Positions 1-14,592 of a DNA stretch of 64,000 bases are shown piece after piece. The translations under genes were made by a program, and so were the position numbers. Below the pieces are notes generated by a model that was not told the origin of the DNA, ran no database searches, and was given only the letters and a program-made list of their open reading frames with translations. Positions within the stretch are counted from its first letter, which is position 1, and each line of letters begins with the position of its first letter. The stretch spans positions 744,001 to 808,000 of the forward strand of contig CP075497.1 in assembly GCA_021613535.1 (NCBI GenBank), in the 5' to 3' direction. The DNA comes from Adineta vaga (lineage: Eukaryota > Animalia > Rotifera).

Positions 1-478
1 ATATCATTAAACAACTTGAAACTTTATATCATATACTTCTTCCTACTTTCCTTGTAGGCAAAATGAATATAAGCCAGTCATGATATAGTATGAAATAATT
101 AACACAATTTGTAGCAACAAAAAAAAATCATTTTTCTGTTTCTATAGTTTTTATTTCAACTCTCTTCCCTCTTTTCTGCTATCCTTTCACTGTAAACTAC
201 TTGAGGGTGCGGAATATACAGTAGAAACTATCAACTGCAATACTATAGTAAGATAGTTTTTGTTTGAATTTTTACACATATAGCCATTCATCACCAAAAT
301 TTAACCATGAAATATATTCACTTTTATTGAGATTTAGATAATTGTTAGATATCAATTATTTTTCTACTTTTTTTTAATCATATTTTAAGGTAATTCGTGT
401 TCATATTCAAATCAATTAGTGTTGGAAAGGATACTAAAAGCGCACGAATAAACCCAATTCTTCTTGATAATCATAAAA

Positions 479-3400
479 ATGAGGGTTAAATATTTCCTTC
501 AATGGTTTTCCAATCGAATACACAATTACAATCTATTTCTTACTGATGAAGACGATTATGAAGATGAAAACGATGAACAAATCAATCAAACAGACATTAT
601 CAAGCATCAAAAATATGCCACTCGTTTATATGTACCTCTTCTCATAGGTTAGTAGACTCATATTGACAATACAGACTATTCTAAGTTAATGATCCTTATC
701 ATTATACTTCACGTATTCAAATTCAACAAGAAAAATGAAGAGAGTTTGAAATGCAGTTGTAGATAGTTTTCATTATAGCTGGTTTTGATTAGAATCAGAT
801 TATCAAATTTTCTGGTAGAAAATTTTTTATATTTTGTTTACTTTTCTAGCAATTTTGTATATTCTCTTCTTTATTGCTATGCTGAATCCAGAATCTGAAA
901 CAATCACTATTTCCAGTATTACACCAGATCTTTTCGATGAACTTCAACTCAAATATGGTGAAACACTTTCATGTCCTTGTACAAGAGTTGCCGTACCGTA
1001 TAAAGACTTTGTTTCTATAAAAACGTCATTTCATCCAATATGTTCAAGTATTTTTATTGACAAAAAATGGATTAAAGCACTTTATTTGTCCTACGCAAGT
1101 GCATATTTAGTAATGGATTTTCGAACGACCGCTAGTTCTCAAGTCAGTAAAATTTTCTCTTAATCATTAATATTCTATTATATTAGAGATTTATTGTATA
1201 CTCATTTTTCAATAAACACCTTCATTTACACCCAATTATATTTGCGAACAAATAACGCTCGTTGTGTCAACCCACTCAATCCTTGACTGCGAAGGATATG
1301 TATTTTCTCTTGCCCCAATAGTGAAACGAATTGATCTAGGAACTTTACATACGAGGAAACGGTTGAAATGTTTTTGCTCAAATATTTCTTAACTTTCGAA
1401 AACAAAATACTCAATTTCTCTTATAAAATAAGTTTCACCCACCACCCAGGTCCACATCTCGACCTATAATCCTGTTTACAGTCGAGGGAATATCAAAATC
1501 GTCTTCCTTTCAATTTAGTTTGAACTTCTTGCGGCTCTTTGTTCAATCTGTCGAGATACAATTGTTCAAGTCTTAACAGATCTTGACAATAATCAGATTA
1601 TCACCAAAGAAATTCTTCAAGAAAATGAAATTCAAGCTCATATAAATAGAAGTGTTCAGATGGCTAACACTAGTACATCCGTTCAAATCAACTTACCATT
1701 GCATTTTATTCAAATAATCACTCAAGCCAACGTTTTAATCTCTGCTTTAAATACAAATATAAAAGTTGAATTATGGACGGTTCTGCGCCCACCCCTTCTA
1801 TACTCGAAACCTACATCCTATAATGGAAACACTAATTTTCGGCCCAATTCTGTATCCTGCCATCTTAAATCCTCAATAGCTCCAGCTGGTTTTTATTCAG
1901 GATCACAATATGAAAGCTCAAACTATCATCAGTATTGGCCAAATGGTGAATTTATTTTTCGACCGAATGCTTCTGACATGGCGGTTGGATTCTTTGGAGG
2001 ATGTACTCCACTTGCCGCTCTGCTTGCAAGTACATTTGAGTGTCTTTACAATATTACTTGTCTTCATATTTTTGCTAAATATTTTCCTGGTCTCAATCAA
2101 GTAAGGATCATAATCTCATTCTTCAATAAAAAAAAAGAAACGTTTTATCTTTATCTAGACACGCTTTAATTGGACTGCGCCTCTTTCAATTTCGAAACTA
2201 TCTGGTCTTTCATTAAAGAATAGTCTGACTAATTTATTGATTGAAGAATGGTCCACAACAATTAACTATTCTAAATATTTTCATAAATGTGCACCTTCAT
2301 TTTGTACATATACGAAAATAGAACGTGCTCATCTTTCCTATACAATTACTTTATTACTTAGTTTATATGGTGGTCTAACAATTATACTACGTGTAATCGC
2401 AATTTTTGTATTTAAACTTTTATTGAAACTTAAAAACTATTCATTACGTAACAAGTTTAATAAAAGTATTATCAAATTATAATAAAACTAAATTAATTTA
2501 ATATACTAATTTATTGTTTCATATTTAGTGTATCTAATAATATGTATTCAAAAATTGACTCAATGGATAAAACAATTAAATATGTTTAAATCGATTAAAA
2601 ATCGAACGGCAACCGATATTGTACAACAACGTATTATCACTCGTCTGTATTTAATTTTATTTGGAGGTAAAATTTTTTTCTTTTGAAAACTTATATTTGT
2701 ATTTACATTAGGAATTTGGGTACTTCTAAAAATCCTACAGCAAGTAATGAGAATCTCAAATATCAAAAATAATATTAATACTTATTACTTTTCTCGAAAC
2801 CAATAGTATTTCTCATCTTCATATTACTTTCTATGATATATTATCGAATTTAATTAATATAAAAATATTTTTAGAGATCAGATTCTATATAAATAAATCA
2901 TTGTTAATCTTCGACATAATGCATGACAGCTTATCTTATACTTTTCTACTAAAACACTCTTGTATTTTAATAAGATGAAAAGCTTACTATCCAATGACAA
3001 TGGGATCTAAAAATCATACGTTTCTATAGTGGAATAAGGTTAACCTATAAAAATCAGTTCATGAACGTTCATTGAGTCCTACTTCACTGAGTGACCACCG
3101 TGTGAGATGAAATAATTCACATACATGATACATTCCGATTCCGTTCAGACTTATTTTACCAAAAATCCAGAGATATATTATAATGAGTTATGTCTAATTA
3201 CGACTTTTACATCAAAATATGCTTTAAAATATCATTTTATTTAGTTCACTCAAATTTAATTTAGACTATTTTGTAGTAAAAGAGTTTTATTCACCTATTT
3301 TAAGTTTATTGGACACGTTATAACACTAGCTATTTGCTTTTTTTGGAAACATTGCTTATCACCAGAAGAATCCTTTGGACCCGAGCCATAAAAATGAGGG

Positions 3401-6400
3401 CCGTTTCGATCCCTGGTATGTGACTAGTTCTGCACTCTATAAAGATATTATATTAACATATTTCATTCTTCTCTTTCTCTCTATCAATTTGTTTTGTTCA
3501 AGGTTCGATTGTTATGCTGATTATATATACTTCCCAGAATACTCAAACGATTACAATGATAAAATCAAATCCATCTATAAGTATCTATAAAGATTTACAA
3601 GCTTTATATCCAAATGAACTTAAATGTCCTTGTGAAAAGCTGATGATATCTCATGGTAATTTTATGTCAATATCAGCAACTTTACATCAATTATGCTCAA
3701 GCAATTATACCGGTGAACCATGGATTGCAATGTTATTGTCTGTTCAATTGTCGCTGATGCCCAATGTATTGGCTTGGAAGCAGTTGGGTTTACAATCTGA
3801 ACATTTTCAATTATTGTCATTTCTTTGTGAAATAGCTAATAAAACAATTATTGATGCTATTAATCGTTTTAATATGCAATATATTATAACTTCAAATGTG
3901 CTAACGCAATCTGATTTTTATGCACAATTAAATACAACATTCGAGCAGTTTACTCAATCATTAATTATTGATTATGGACTTCTCATCAACATGATTGACA
4001 TTCTTACTCAAGTTGATCAACCATATACAATGTCAACAAATGCAAAATTGATCTTTATTAATGCAACAAAACGAATTAATTATCAACCACCTTTTCAGGT
4101 AGTTAATTTCATATCTTCACCTAATCTATCGTGATGTTATAGAAATGATAATATAAAGTATAACTAAATTACGAAATCTTTTCTTGAATACGCCTAATTT
4201 ACGAACAAAATTACATCTCTATTTTTCTTTTCAGTTAGTATTCAAGTTAACTGGTATAGAAAATACGAATTCGTTATCCGCAAACTGTATTTGTTCTACT
4301 GATCTGTATTGCCAGAGTTCAACTAGTCTCGTTGAATGGAATCAAACGGCAGGTGAATACATGAATGATAGTATCACATATAAAGTATCTGGTATAACTG
4401 AAGGATGTTTTAAATTTGATACTATCTTACATTCAACGCTGGAATGTTATTATTCATATTCTTGTTTGAAAGCTATCTATGATAATATAAATTATCAGTA
4501 CGAACATTATGATGATTCTATGAACGCAAACTGGTTCCAAAGCTCTCCTCTTGTTTATCAACAAGGATCAGATCATTTTCTTCCAAATACCTCACTTTCA
4601 ACAATAATTAAAGAAATGATGATTGATCAATGGAATTCTTCATTTTCGTTTGATCAATATTATAAAGCATGTGCACCGATTTATTGTGCATATTCTTACA
4701 GAATATATACTGGAAATTTCATTCGAATAATTATAAAAGTAGTGTCTTCAATTGGTGGCCTTACTGTCGTACTAAGATTAATCACACCTCAACTTGTTAA
4801 AATTGTTTTTACTTTGCTAAGACCACAAATGAAAAGACATCATCAAAGTAAGTTATATTTTAATCATTTTTATGATGCTAATAACGGAAAAGAATTGGCA
4901 ATTAGTAGGAGTAAAGTGTTCAATTATTTTTCATATATATATACGTATCCTAAAGAACAATATTTATTTGTCTATAGATCCTCAAACTTGGTTCGATCGA
5001 GTTAAACAATTATTGAGAAAGTTGATTGTACTCTTGTATACTACATTTATCAATTTGAATATATTTCCCATACATACATTTGGAAGTCATATTGATCGAA
5101 CAAAAGCTAAGCAACTTGGTCGATGGACAACTCGTCTTTATATCGTCCTTTTAATCACTAGTTTTGTTATTCTTACTCTATACAATACTATTCGACCACA
5201 AACTTTGACAAAAACGTTTAATAATCCATCTCTCAAACTATATAATAGTTTATTTCTTAGTCATGGTGACACACTTGAATGTCCCTGTTTAACAATTTCA
5301 TCAACATACAATCAATTTATAAACATTGAACCTGTATTTCATCAAGTAAGTAAAGAAAACGATTATTATAAATTTATTTTGCATGATATTGATTCATTAC
5401 AGATCTGTTCAAGTCCATATGTCACAAATGAATGGCGAGTAAATATTACAAGAAATCTTATTCCTGATCTTTTTATTTATGATATCAAAGATTACCGTCG
5501 TTTTATATCAGCACATTTACAATTTCTTTCCGGTTTATGTAATCTTTCTAAACAATCAGTTAATGATTCTGTCAATCAATTTCTTTCTTCACAATTTGTT
5601 ACTGCTAATCTTCTATCAGAACCAATTTTTCGCACACAGACTAATTTATCCGTTGAAGAGAGTAAATCAAATGCTCCTATTAAACTATCTCGTCTTCTCT
5701 ATTTACTTCGAATTATAAACCACGGAAATGCTATCATTACAGCCTATGGTACAAATTTCAAGTATATTACCCCATGGTATGATGAGATGGATTCAGCTGC
5801 AATCACCGAACCATTGACATATGATAACAATTGTTCATGTGCATTCGATTCAAATTGTACAACTCAAGCAAACTTCATTAAAGCAGACTCGACTAAATTT
5901 CTGCCAATTAAGGGTTTGAAAATGGGCTGTACACCAAGTGAATCATTTCTTACTTCGACTCTGGAATGTTTTTATAATTCACCATGTATTAAACTCATTC
6001 TAAAACAAACAAACAGTATAGATAATAATAGTATTATTATGGATATACCTACATTATCCCATACGAATAGCAGTCGATTCTTAATAAACACTACTGTTCG
6101 CAATCTTGTAGAAAATCTTTTTATTGAAAAATGGATAACAACTATTGATTATACAGCATACTTTGATCTATGTTTACCTACACTATGTTCATACACTTAC
6201 ACACAGAAACTCAACTCAATTTATACAATAACCATTTTACTGGGACTCTATGGTGGTCTTACGTTTGTTCTTAAATGGATTTGTCCAAATATAGTTTATC
6301 TTGTAGCTAAAATCTATCAAAATCGAAAAAAACGAGAAAACGTTGTTAAACCTGTGTTCGCTATTGAGATGAGAACAACTGAGACAACTAGTACAACATT

Positions 6401-8191
6401 GACACCCGTTAATGTTAACCAGACTACTGTAATGCAAAAATCAGTATCAAAAACATCTGCAATAACGTAGGTCATTCTCTTTGTACTTTTAATCACACTT
6501 TATAAATTTCTTTTCTAGAACAACATTATTTTCTTCATTAATATGTTATTTCATTCTTGGTATTATTTTATTGATGTTAATGATTGTCGCAATGATTGTC
6601 ACATTTACTCATGTTTATCAACAAGACAAGGATTATGTTGTGACAACAGGTATAGAACCAACAACTAAGTTTGTTTTTTTGACAAGTAGAATGAGGTTAA
6701 CCGATCTCTAGTCATTTTCCTTCTCACTCGAAATATATATAGACATACGGTTTGCATTTTCTCTACACTTTAAAATTCTTTCTTTTCTACTTTAGTGTCA
6801 TCAACAAGCACTGGAATAATTACAACAATGTCGACAATAAGTTTTAATTCAACAGGTTTGAAAGTTTCTATCATTTCTTTTATTATTATCTATGCTTCAA
6901 TTCATACTGAAACATAATATGAAATTGAGCTTTTAGCATATTTTCATATCGATTTTAACGATAACTGATGGAATAAACGCAAATTTTTAATTGTATTTAA
7001 TGTGTATTCGCCTATGACTAAGGTGAATGTACAAGGCATATAGAATATATCCTATGTTATTTAACACATTTTTAATTAATTTGTTTTCTCTTAGTTTCAA
7101 CCTGTCAATTAACATTTCAACAAACACTCTGGTATATTACTAGTTCTCCATCTAATTCAGAATCAGCTGTTGTTGTCGATTTCAATGGTGATGGTCACAT
7201 AGATATTGCTGTTGCCAATTGTGATTCTGATAATATAGGTATTTTACTTGGAATTGGCAATGGAACTTTTAGAAACGAGAGAACTTATTCAAGTAGAGGT
7301 GATTGTCCACGAACAATTGTATTCGGTGATTTTAATAGCGACAGTCATACAGATCTTGCTTTCAATAATGCTTATTCTGACAGTATAGGTCTCTTACTTG
7401 GAAATGGTAATGGAACATTTCAAAGAGCAATAATATTTTCGACTGGATCTGGAAGTTGGCCAGATGTGATTAGTGCTAGTGATTATAATAATGATAACTA
7501 TTTGGATATTGCTGTTGCTAATTATTATGGTCACAATATATTTATCTTATTGGGTAATAATGATGGAACGTTTCAAATACCATTGATACTTTGCAATAAT
7601 ACTTGTGCTTGGTCGACATCAATTATTTCCGTTGATTTTAATAGTGATGGTTACGTAGATCTTGCTGTTAGCGATGATAATGCAGATAGTATATTTGTGT
7701 TATTAAATAAGGGCAATGGAAATTTTAGTGAACCAAAAAGCTTTTCTACTGGATATTCCAGTAATCCAGACTTGATTATTGCACATGATTTCAACAATGA
7801 TAATCAATTAGATCTTGCTATTGCCAATTATTACCAACATAGTATAGGTATAATGCTTGGATATGGTGATGGAAGTTTTGGAGCACAAATATCATTTTCG
7901 ACTGGACCTTTTAGTGGTCCAAAATCGGTTACTGCTGGTGATTTTAATGAGGATGGTAAACTAGATCTTGCTGCCAGCAATACTGATACGGAAAATATAT
8001 GTGTTTTATATGGTATCGGTAATGGATCTTTTGTATCAGGGACCGTGTTCGCGATCGAAGACAATATACAACCTAGATCGATTGTTTCAGCAGATTTCAA
8101 TCACGATGGTAAATTGGATCTGCTTTTTACCAAATTCAGAGATACTGATGTGGGCATCTTATTAAATACATGCCATTTAAATATATCATAA
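479..8191 (+). CDS. Large multi-exon membrane protein: three tandem Cys-rich ectodomain/TM modules followed by a TM segment and C-terminal FG-GAP/VCBS repeats
   Basis: Approximate exons joined at GT-AG sites: 479-647, 850-1142, 1519-2100, 2159-2465, 2529-2666, 3503-4098, 4235-4847, 4978-5345, 5403-6466, 6519-6648, 6797-6855, 7095-8191. The module motifs TRLY, L.CPC, FH..CSS, STLEC.Y, C.P..C.Y and GGLT each recur three times. The last exon has DFNxDG.LDLA repeats. Confidence 0.8.
1271..1463 (-). repeat. Intronic copy of the long variant (subfamily D) of the GGGTGT-armed element
   Basis: The reverse complement aligns by eye with 34436-34597 and 31322-31408 (GTTTC.TCGTAT.TAAAGTT.CT.G.TCAAT...T.TCACTATT...CAGTC). 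The C-rich arm CACCCACCACCC is at 1436-1447. Confidence 0.75.
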
Positions 8192-8966
8192 CTACGAAGA
8201 AAAATAATATACCTAAATTTTTATGTTGCTTAAAAACGAGTGTGAAGATGCGAGGCGCAAGTCGTCTTAAGATTTTCAATATATATTGTTAAAAGATAAG
8301 ATTTGAACGGTTTGAATAATTGAATGTATTCTCTCGTAAATTAAGTAAAACTTCTGAAATAATGCTTTGCTTTTTTTTAAAAATATCATGATCTGTAACC
8401 CTTTTATTGGTTTTCATTTTTTTTCAATTCTCTGGTGATAATTAAAACATTCAATTTTGATTCATACCTATTGATATTACCATGATGAGAGTGTGGACGA
8501 TATCTCTCTTGAACTTGTAAGCTGAGAAAAAACATTAAGTCAAATCTGCATTTTGAGATTTTCCAGTAACTGATATTTGTCGGTCGGCTCTTTAATTTAC
8601 GCTTTTCAATACTTTCAAGCCTAAAATTAACACGAAACTGTATAAAACACCTGTATATATTTATACGGTTTCGGACTTTACTTGTGCATAAGCAACAAAA
8701 TACACTCTTGACATCAATATAAATGACAAAGAAAAGCGTGATCACAAAACAACACTAACAAAAAAGAATTCTTTAGTGGTAAATTTACTACAAATAAATA
8801 AATAACACTCGTCAAGGCTGATTCGCTTGACCCTCGACTGAATGTTCATTAATCAGCCGAAATTATGTTTTCTTCGAGTGCGCTTTAAAAGCTTTCGTTG
8901 TGCACTGGCATAATCCGTGCATACTGCGTGACTTTTCTTTCTTGTTAAAGGCACGGTCTCAAAGGC

Positions 8967-9052
8967 TGAGAGTGGGGGTGGGTGTGAGTGTATACAGATT
9001 GCTCGCAACTACAGCCTTATCCACCCACACCCACACCCACACCCACCCTCAA
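8967..9052. repeat. Telomere-like inverted-repeat hairpin element
   Basis: TGAGAGTGGGGGTGGGTGTGAGTG ... CACCCACACCCACACCCACACCCACCCTCAA. Confidence 0.9.
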
Positions 9053-9581
9053 AATTAGTATTTGTACTTGTACAAACTGTTTGATTTGATGATGATGAAA
9101 TTGTTTGATTACAAAAAATTAAACAACGAATTTGTTCAATAATAATCAATTTAATTACAGCTGAGAGAAGACGTCGTGCTAATCGAATATTACTCCATTG
9201 TTGCCAATAAAGACGTGTACATGTTGCAAAATATTGATCAATTGTTGCTAAACAAATACATGTAAGAGAACTTATGACTGAAATTTGAAAGAAGAATATT
9301 CGAAATTTACAATAAAATTATGAATTACTTGTAAAATCAATGTTAAAACCACTAATTAAAATACGTGATAATAAACCAGTTGATAATTGATCAAGATTTC
9401 ATATTGACATAATAGTTAAATAAAATGTACAAGAATTTTCTCGAAATATTCGAAGACTTAACAATACAAATGTATTGAGAGAACCACCAATAAGATCGAG
9501 TGATAAAATAGGAATACCCGTATAATAGATAAATACTTGTTGATAGGCAATACCCAAAGATGTAACTACTGCTAATGTCAT
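9053..9581 (-). pseudogene. Rhodopsin-like GPCR pseudogene, TM1-TM4/ECL2 only
   Basis: One frame with stops at 9399-9401 (TGA) and 9318-9320 (TAA) reads ..YCKFRIFFFQISVISSLTCICLATIDQYFATC..VCTSTNTNF and then runs into the hairpin element. Confidence 0.85.
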
Positions 9582-10014
9582 GATTTATTTAATCCGTTGA
9601 AATGAACTAGAAGTTTTGTTTCAGTATCTCAAATATTCGATTCTTTCATGAACGTTATCTTGTTCCTTGTTATTATCATTGATACACTATAATAAATAAA
9701 TTATATCGGTCAAGTTTGTATTCTTTTGATCCTTGAAAATCTACGTCATTATAATTCTGCTCTGTTATTATGACAATAAGAAAATAATATAGTGGAAATA
9801 AGTTTTTAATCTTCAGTAAAAGGAATGTTTTAGTCGTTTCTTTTTTTAATACATTCAATTATTTTTCTTAATAAAGAAACAAAAGTATTCGAATGTAAAA
9901 TATCATGTTTGATATTTTCTATTTTCCTATGTCGATCATAAACCAATGAATTTTGTTTTTCTTCGTATATAAAAAGATAAAATTCTTTTTAGATGAAAAA
10001 AAATCGAATTTATT

Positions 10015-10984
10015 ATGTCTTTAACAGTCATCGGTGAAAAATTAACAGCTGTAATTGGTTCCATATTTTTTATCACAGGTTTCATAGGAAATGGAATAAA
10101 TATTCTTATATTTTCAAGTAGAAATTCAGAGCGTCGAAGTAGTTGTGCATTTTATTTATTAATTGCATCAATTATCAATACATTATATCTTTGTATTATT
10201 TTAATACCTCGAATTGAAACAGGAGCAAGTGGAATTGATTTAACTCGTAATTCAAGAATTTGGTGTAAAACTCGAGCATTATTTACTGGTTCACTTCCAC
10301 CAATGTCTTTAACATGTGCATGTTTATCAATAATTGATCAATATTTATCAACATCAAAAAATATTCATATTCGTCAATTGAGTAATAGGAAATTATCTCG
10401 ACGAATTATAGGTATTTTTCTTATCATCTGGACAATTCATGGTATTATTGCTTCAATATTTTATGAAATAACACCAACACGATGTACATCATCGAATGCA
10501 AACTATGCACTTTATGCTACAATATATCTTATTATTATTAATGGTTGTATTCCAATATTTATCATAATTATATTTGGATGTTTAACCAATAGAAATATTC
10601 GTCAAACACAAGTTCTTGCTAATAGACACGTAGATCGTCAATTAACAAAAATGATTTTAATGCAATCAATTATAGTTGTTATTAGTAATATAATATATGG
10701 AATTAATAATATATATCGTTTTATTACGAATGGAATTATTAAAGATATTGATAGACAAATCAAAGAGAATTTTATTACAACAATTCTTACGCTTATTTCT
10801 TATTTTTATTCGACGGTATGTATAGACAATTATTGGTTTAGAAAAATATTAATTTAAAATATTTCTGTTCTTTTAGGGAAGTTTTTACATATTTTTCGTC
10901 TCATCAAGTCGATTTCGTCAAAAAGTTAAACAGCGATTATTATTTTTTCGAAGACACAATCAAATAAATATAACTCAGAATTAA
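10015..10984 (+). CDS. Orphan rhodopsin-like 7TM GPCR
   Basis: GN..N in TM1, WCKTR, IIDQY (DRY-like). Intron 10816-10876; exon 2 GSFYIFFVSSSRFRQ ends at TAA 10982-10984. Confidence 0.88.
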
Positions 10985-11749
10985 CTATAAAAGAAAAATA
11001 AAACAGACTGTGAATATAATAAGTGCACAACACAGCTTCTTATTATTCGAATAGTTAGATTATTCATACGTACGTAGATAGATAGAAAGTAATCCAATAG
11101 GCTATGCCAATTGACCTATTCTCTCTTTGTTGTCAAAATATGATGCACGAACATATTACATGTGATATGAATTCAACGGTTTCTGAACCGATATTATACT
11201 TCTTTTCATCTTATCGAAGATAATGGATTAAAATATCGTGACACAACATATCCATGAATTGTATTGTTGCATTGAAGCTAACAAGACGAATTCTTCACAT
11301 TCTTGATTTGGTTAGTTTCATCTTAAATAAGTAGCCATAATATCGTACGATAACTGAGTGCTCAGCTAGGCCTTTCAAATGATCGTCACGTGAAGCAGCA
11401 TCGTGATTTTTTTTTAGAGGAAAACATCTTCTTATTAATGTCAATGAAATAATACAATGCACGGAGAAGTGTCGGTCAATTAAGATAAGAGATGAAATAC
11501 TAGGGCAGGATTTCAATACAAGAACTTTGTGAGTGCATGTCATTAAAGTGTTCTTCTTCTATAAACGTATTGCATTTTCTAATAAAATATTCTTTTCCTG
11601 TCTTTAATCCAAACTAATAAACACAATCTGATAGCATTAATATAGAGATGAGGAAGATTTTTCTTCTTTTATTAATATAATTATCCAGAAAATGAATAAC
11701 GTTTGATAGAGAAATTCTTTAAAGAAAAACTTGGCATTTGACAAGAATA

Positions 11750-12543
11750 ATGAATAATATTGGTTCCATTTTGAATTTGATTATACTTTGTATTAATATA
11801 GTTTTAAATTGTATTTTAATGATCAATTATTATTTATCATTTCTTTTATACTAATCGTATAGAAAAGAAAGATCGGATAACTATTATTCATTCAATTACT
11901 ATTTATGTGATTTCTTTACAAACACTATTAGGTGATTTGATTGAACAAAATTTCGATTCCATTTGGTGTTCTATCATTGGTTATATAACTCCAGTCGTTT
12001 TTGCTTTATTATATTGGTCTTTTGTCAATCAAGTAATTGAAAAAGTTTAAATAAAATCTTCCTAATATATATATCTTTGAATTTTTAGGAATTTTTTCGT
12101 TTTTGTCGAATTATCTCTCCATCTTATCGATGGGTACAACATTCTTTATTCCATATTATTATTCCTTGTGTACAATTTATATTTATATGTATTCTCATTT
12201 CTCCCATTCTTTTTTGGCATGGTATTACTTATAAACCGAAAGAATATTATTGTATTTTATCACTTACCAATCTACAAGTTGTACTTTGAACTTCAATTAT
12301 TAATTACGGTATTCCACTTTTAATCATATCAATAATATATTTACGAATAACACTATTTCTTCCTCAACAAGCAGAACACAATCAATCATATTTAGTTAAA
12401 CGACATTGAGAACGTGATCTACTTGTTATTCGACGTATTCTCATTCTTGTTAATGTTTTACTGTTTCTTGGAATGCCGACTGTCGTCCTTACATTGATGT
12501 TCTTCATTACAGGTAAACAACATCCTCAATTCTTACATCTCAA
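11750..12543 (+). pseudogene. GPCR pseudogene
   Basis: WCSIIGY..FVNQ, then an intron, then FFRFCRII..YYC..NYGIPLLIISIIYLRI..RDLLVIRRI..GMP. Early frameshift, TGA stops at 12287 and 12407, TM7 absent. Confidence 0.75.
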
Positions 12544-12828
12544 TTAAAAAATCTTATTTTAAAAAATTTTTGACGTAATCGAGTATTACCTTTCCCTATT
12601 AGAAAAATCAGACTTCATCATCATCATGGTCAAACGAAATGAAATGATATCATTGGTTTACTAGAAAATTCATTTTAAGTTAGATTTTTGTATTTAGAAA
12701 TTGTCAACAAACGATTCTTGTTTCTACTGTTATATTGTAATTCACGAGAAGTAGCTATATTTTAGAATGTTTTTAATGACTAATATATATAGAAAATCTT
12801 CTTTAAACTTATAGGAGTAAAATACTTT

Positions 12829-12894
12829 TTGAGAATGAGGATGAAGGTGTGGGTTAAGACTGTAGACTAAAGTATATCCACACCCACATATTCA
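12829..12894. repeat. Hairpin element (loop subfamily A)
   Basis: TTGAGAATGAGGATGAAGGTGTGGGT-TAAGACTGTAGACTAAAGTAT-ATCCACACCCACATATTCA. Confidence 0.85.
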
Positions 12895-13105
12895 CTGATA
12901 TTATTCGAAACTGTTTATTATATAATGATTGATAATTGAGATTGGACACATTGAAATTTAAGTAAATTTAAACAATCTGCATAGTTCAAAGCACATAACA
13001 CACATTTATTGAAAATATTTTTTTCAAAATTTCTAATAAGCAATACATGTACGTATTTATGTCTTAAAAATATGTTAATCGATGTGAAGTGTATTGTCTA
13101 GAATA

Positions 13106-14011
13106 TTATTCTTTTGGCTTGAATAATGTCTTGGAATGTTCGACAAATGCTTTTACTTCAGCTTCGTTGTCACAAACTTGTGGTAGTTTTTTACCATCTT
13201 GGTAGAATGCACCATTTTCTAACTCATTTGTTGGTGTATTAATCACATACAGAACAGAATCAGCACCGAGTGCTGCTGATCGACTGCCAACAGCATGATT
13301 ATTAAGATCGGTGGCACAAAAACCAGGACATACAGCATAAATGGATATATTTTTGTCATTAGAATATTCACGTGCTTGACTTCGAGTAAGAGCAATCAAT
13401 GCAGCTTTGGAAACAGTATATGCTGGAAAAGGTATTTCAGAAGAATATCCAAGACGTTCCAGATTGTGAGATTCGACTGCTGAAAGAAAATCTTGAACAA
13501 TATGATCAAGTTCTTGTGTTGTTAAGGTTGGTGATGTGTATTTTTCTTGAAGTTCTTTTGAAAAAAGATATGATACGAGTGGACCAACCGCACTAGCAAC
13601 ATTAACGACACGACCATTCTTACGTAATAGAGGAATCAAATTTTCATTAAGCATTTTAACACCATAATAATTAGTCGCAAATGCTGATCGTACCGCTTCA
13701 ATTGAATTCTCTTTTGGTGCAATTGCAGCATTATTAATTAATATATCTAAATGTCCATTATATTTCTGTTTAATTTCATTGGTAGCAGCAATAATACTTT
13801 CTTTTGATGATGTATCCAATTGTAATAAATGTACATTTGTTGGAGAACCTAATTGTTGAATTGCATCTTGACCACGTTTAATATCTCGACTACCAAGAAG
13901 AATAATATCAGTGGTTTTTGAAGAAGATTGCTCAAGTAATTTCTTCACAATTTCAAAACCAATACCTTTATTTGCTCCAGTCACTAAAATTACACGTTTT
14001 TGCTCTGTCAT
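13106..14011 (-). CDS. Short-chain dehydrogenase/reductase, carbonyl reductase type
   Basis: TGANKGIG, LINNAA, YTVSK catalytic motif, CPGFCATDL. Intronless; likely start MTEQKR at 14011. Confidence 0.92.
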   Translation of the reverse strand: MTEQKRVILVTGANKGIGFEIVKKLLEQSSSKTTDIILLGSRDIKRGQDAIQQLGSPTNVHLLQLDTSSKESIIAATNEIKQKYNGHLDILINNAAIAPKENSIEAVRSAFATNYYGVKMLNENLIPLLRKNGRVVNVASAVGPLVSYLFSKELQEKYTSPTLTTQELDHIVQDFLSAVESHNLERLGYSSEIPFPAYTVSKAALIALTRSQAREYSNDKNISIYAVCPGFCATDLNNHAVGSRSAALGADSVLYVINTPTNELENGAFYQDGKKLPQVCDNEAEVKAFVEHSKTLFKPKE

Positions 14012-14545
14012 TCTAACGACGTCTTGTTTACCGAAATGGTTGTGCACGATGAAACACACCGTTTTTATATAGAAAGAAAAAAAACCGTAACGAGCGTATG
14101 TAAAAATACTTTTTGTTCGCTCGTGCGTCTTGATTGAATCAATTCAACACGGCTCTTCATGACAGAGGTATGTCGGCATAAGTTATTAATAGATTCATTT
14201 TTCTCTGCTGAAAAGAGATGAAGTTTAGAGATGTATATTGTATTAAAAACTATATTTCTTTGTAGAAAACAATAAAAGAGAAAAGGATCAACGAGAGTAT
14301 CTGAAAAATATGAAGTTTATATACATTTTAAACGGTAGTTTATATTGATGATACAATTATTTATAGCGGAATTATTTTCAGAGTATTGAATAAGAAGGAT
14401 GTGGATCATGTCATTTAAGATAGATAATTGCGGTAAACAAATTTTAAATCTTAAGTCTTGTGCTAAGCTGTCTCCCGATTATCTACGAATGGATCCACTA
14501 TTTTACGATCGACCTGTAGTTCTTCTTGATAATTTTCATAATTCT

Positions 14546-14592
14546 AAGAAACGTGAATATGCGTAAGGACTCTATACTCACACACTCTCAAG
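14546..14592. repeat. Degenerate hairpin element
   Basis: Clear right arm ACTCACACACTCTCAAG; decayed left arm TAAGAAACGTGAATATGCGT. Confidence 0.5.
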
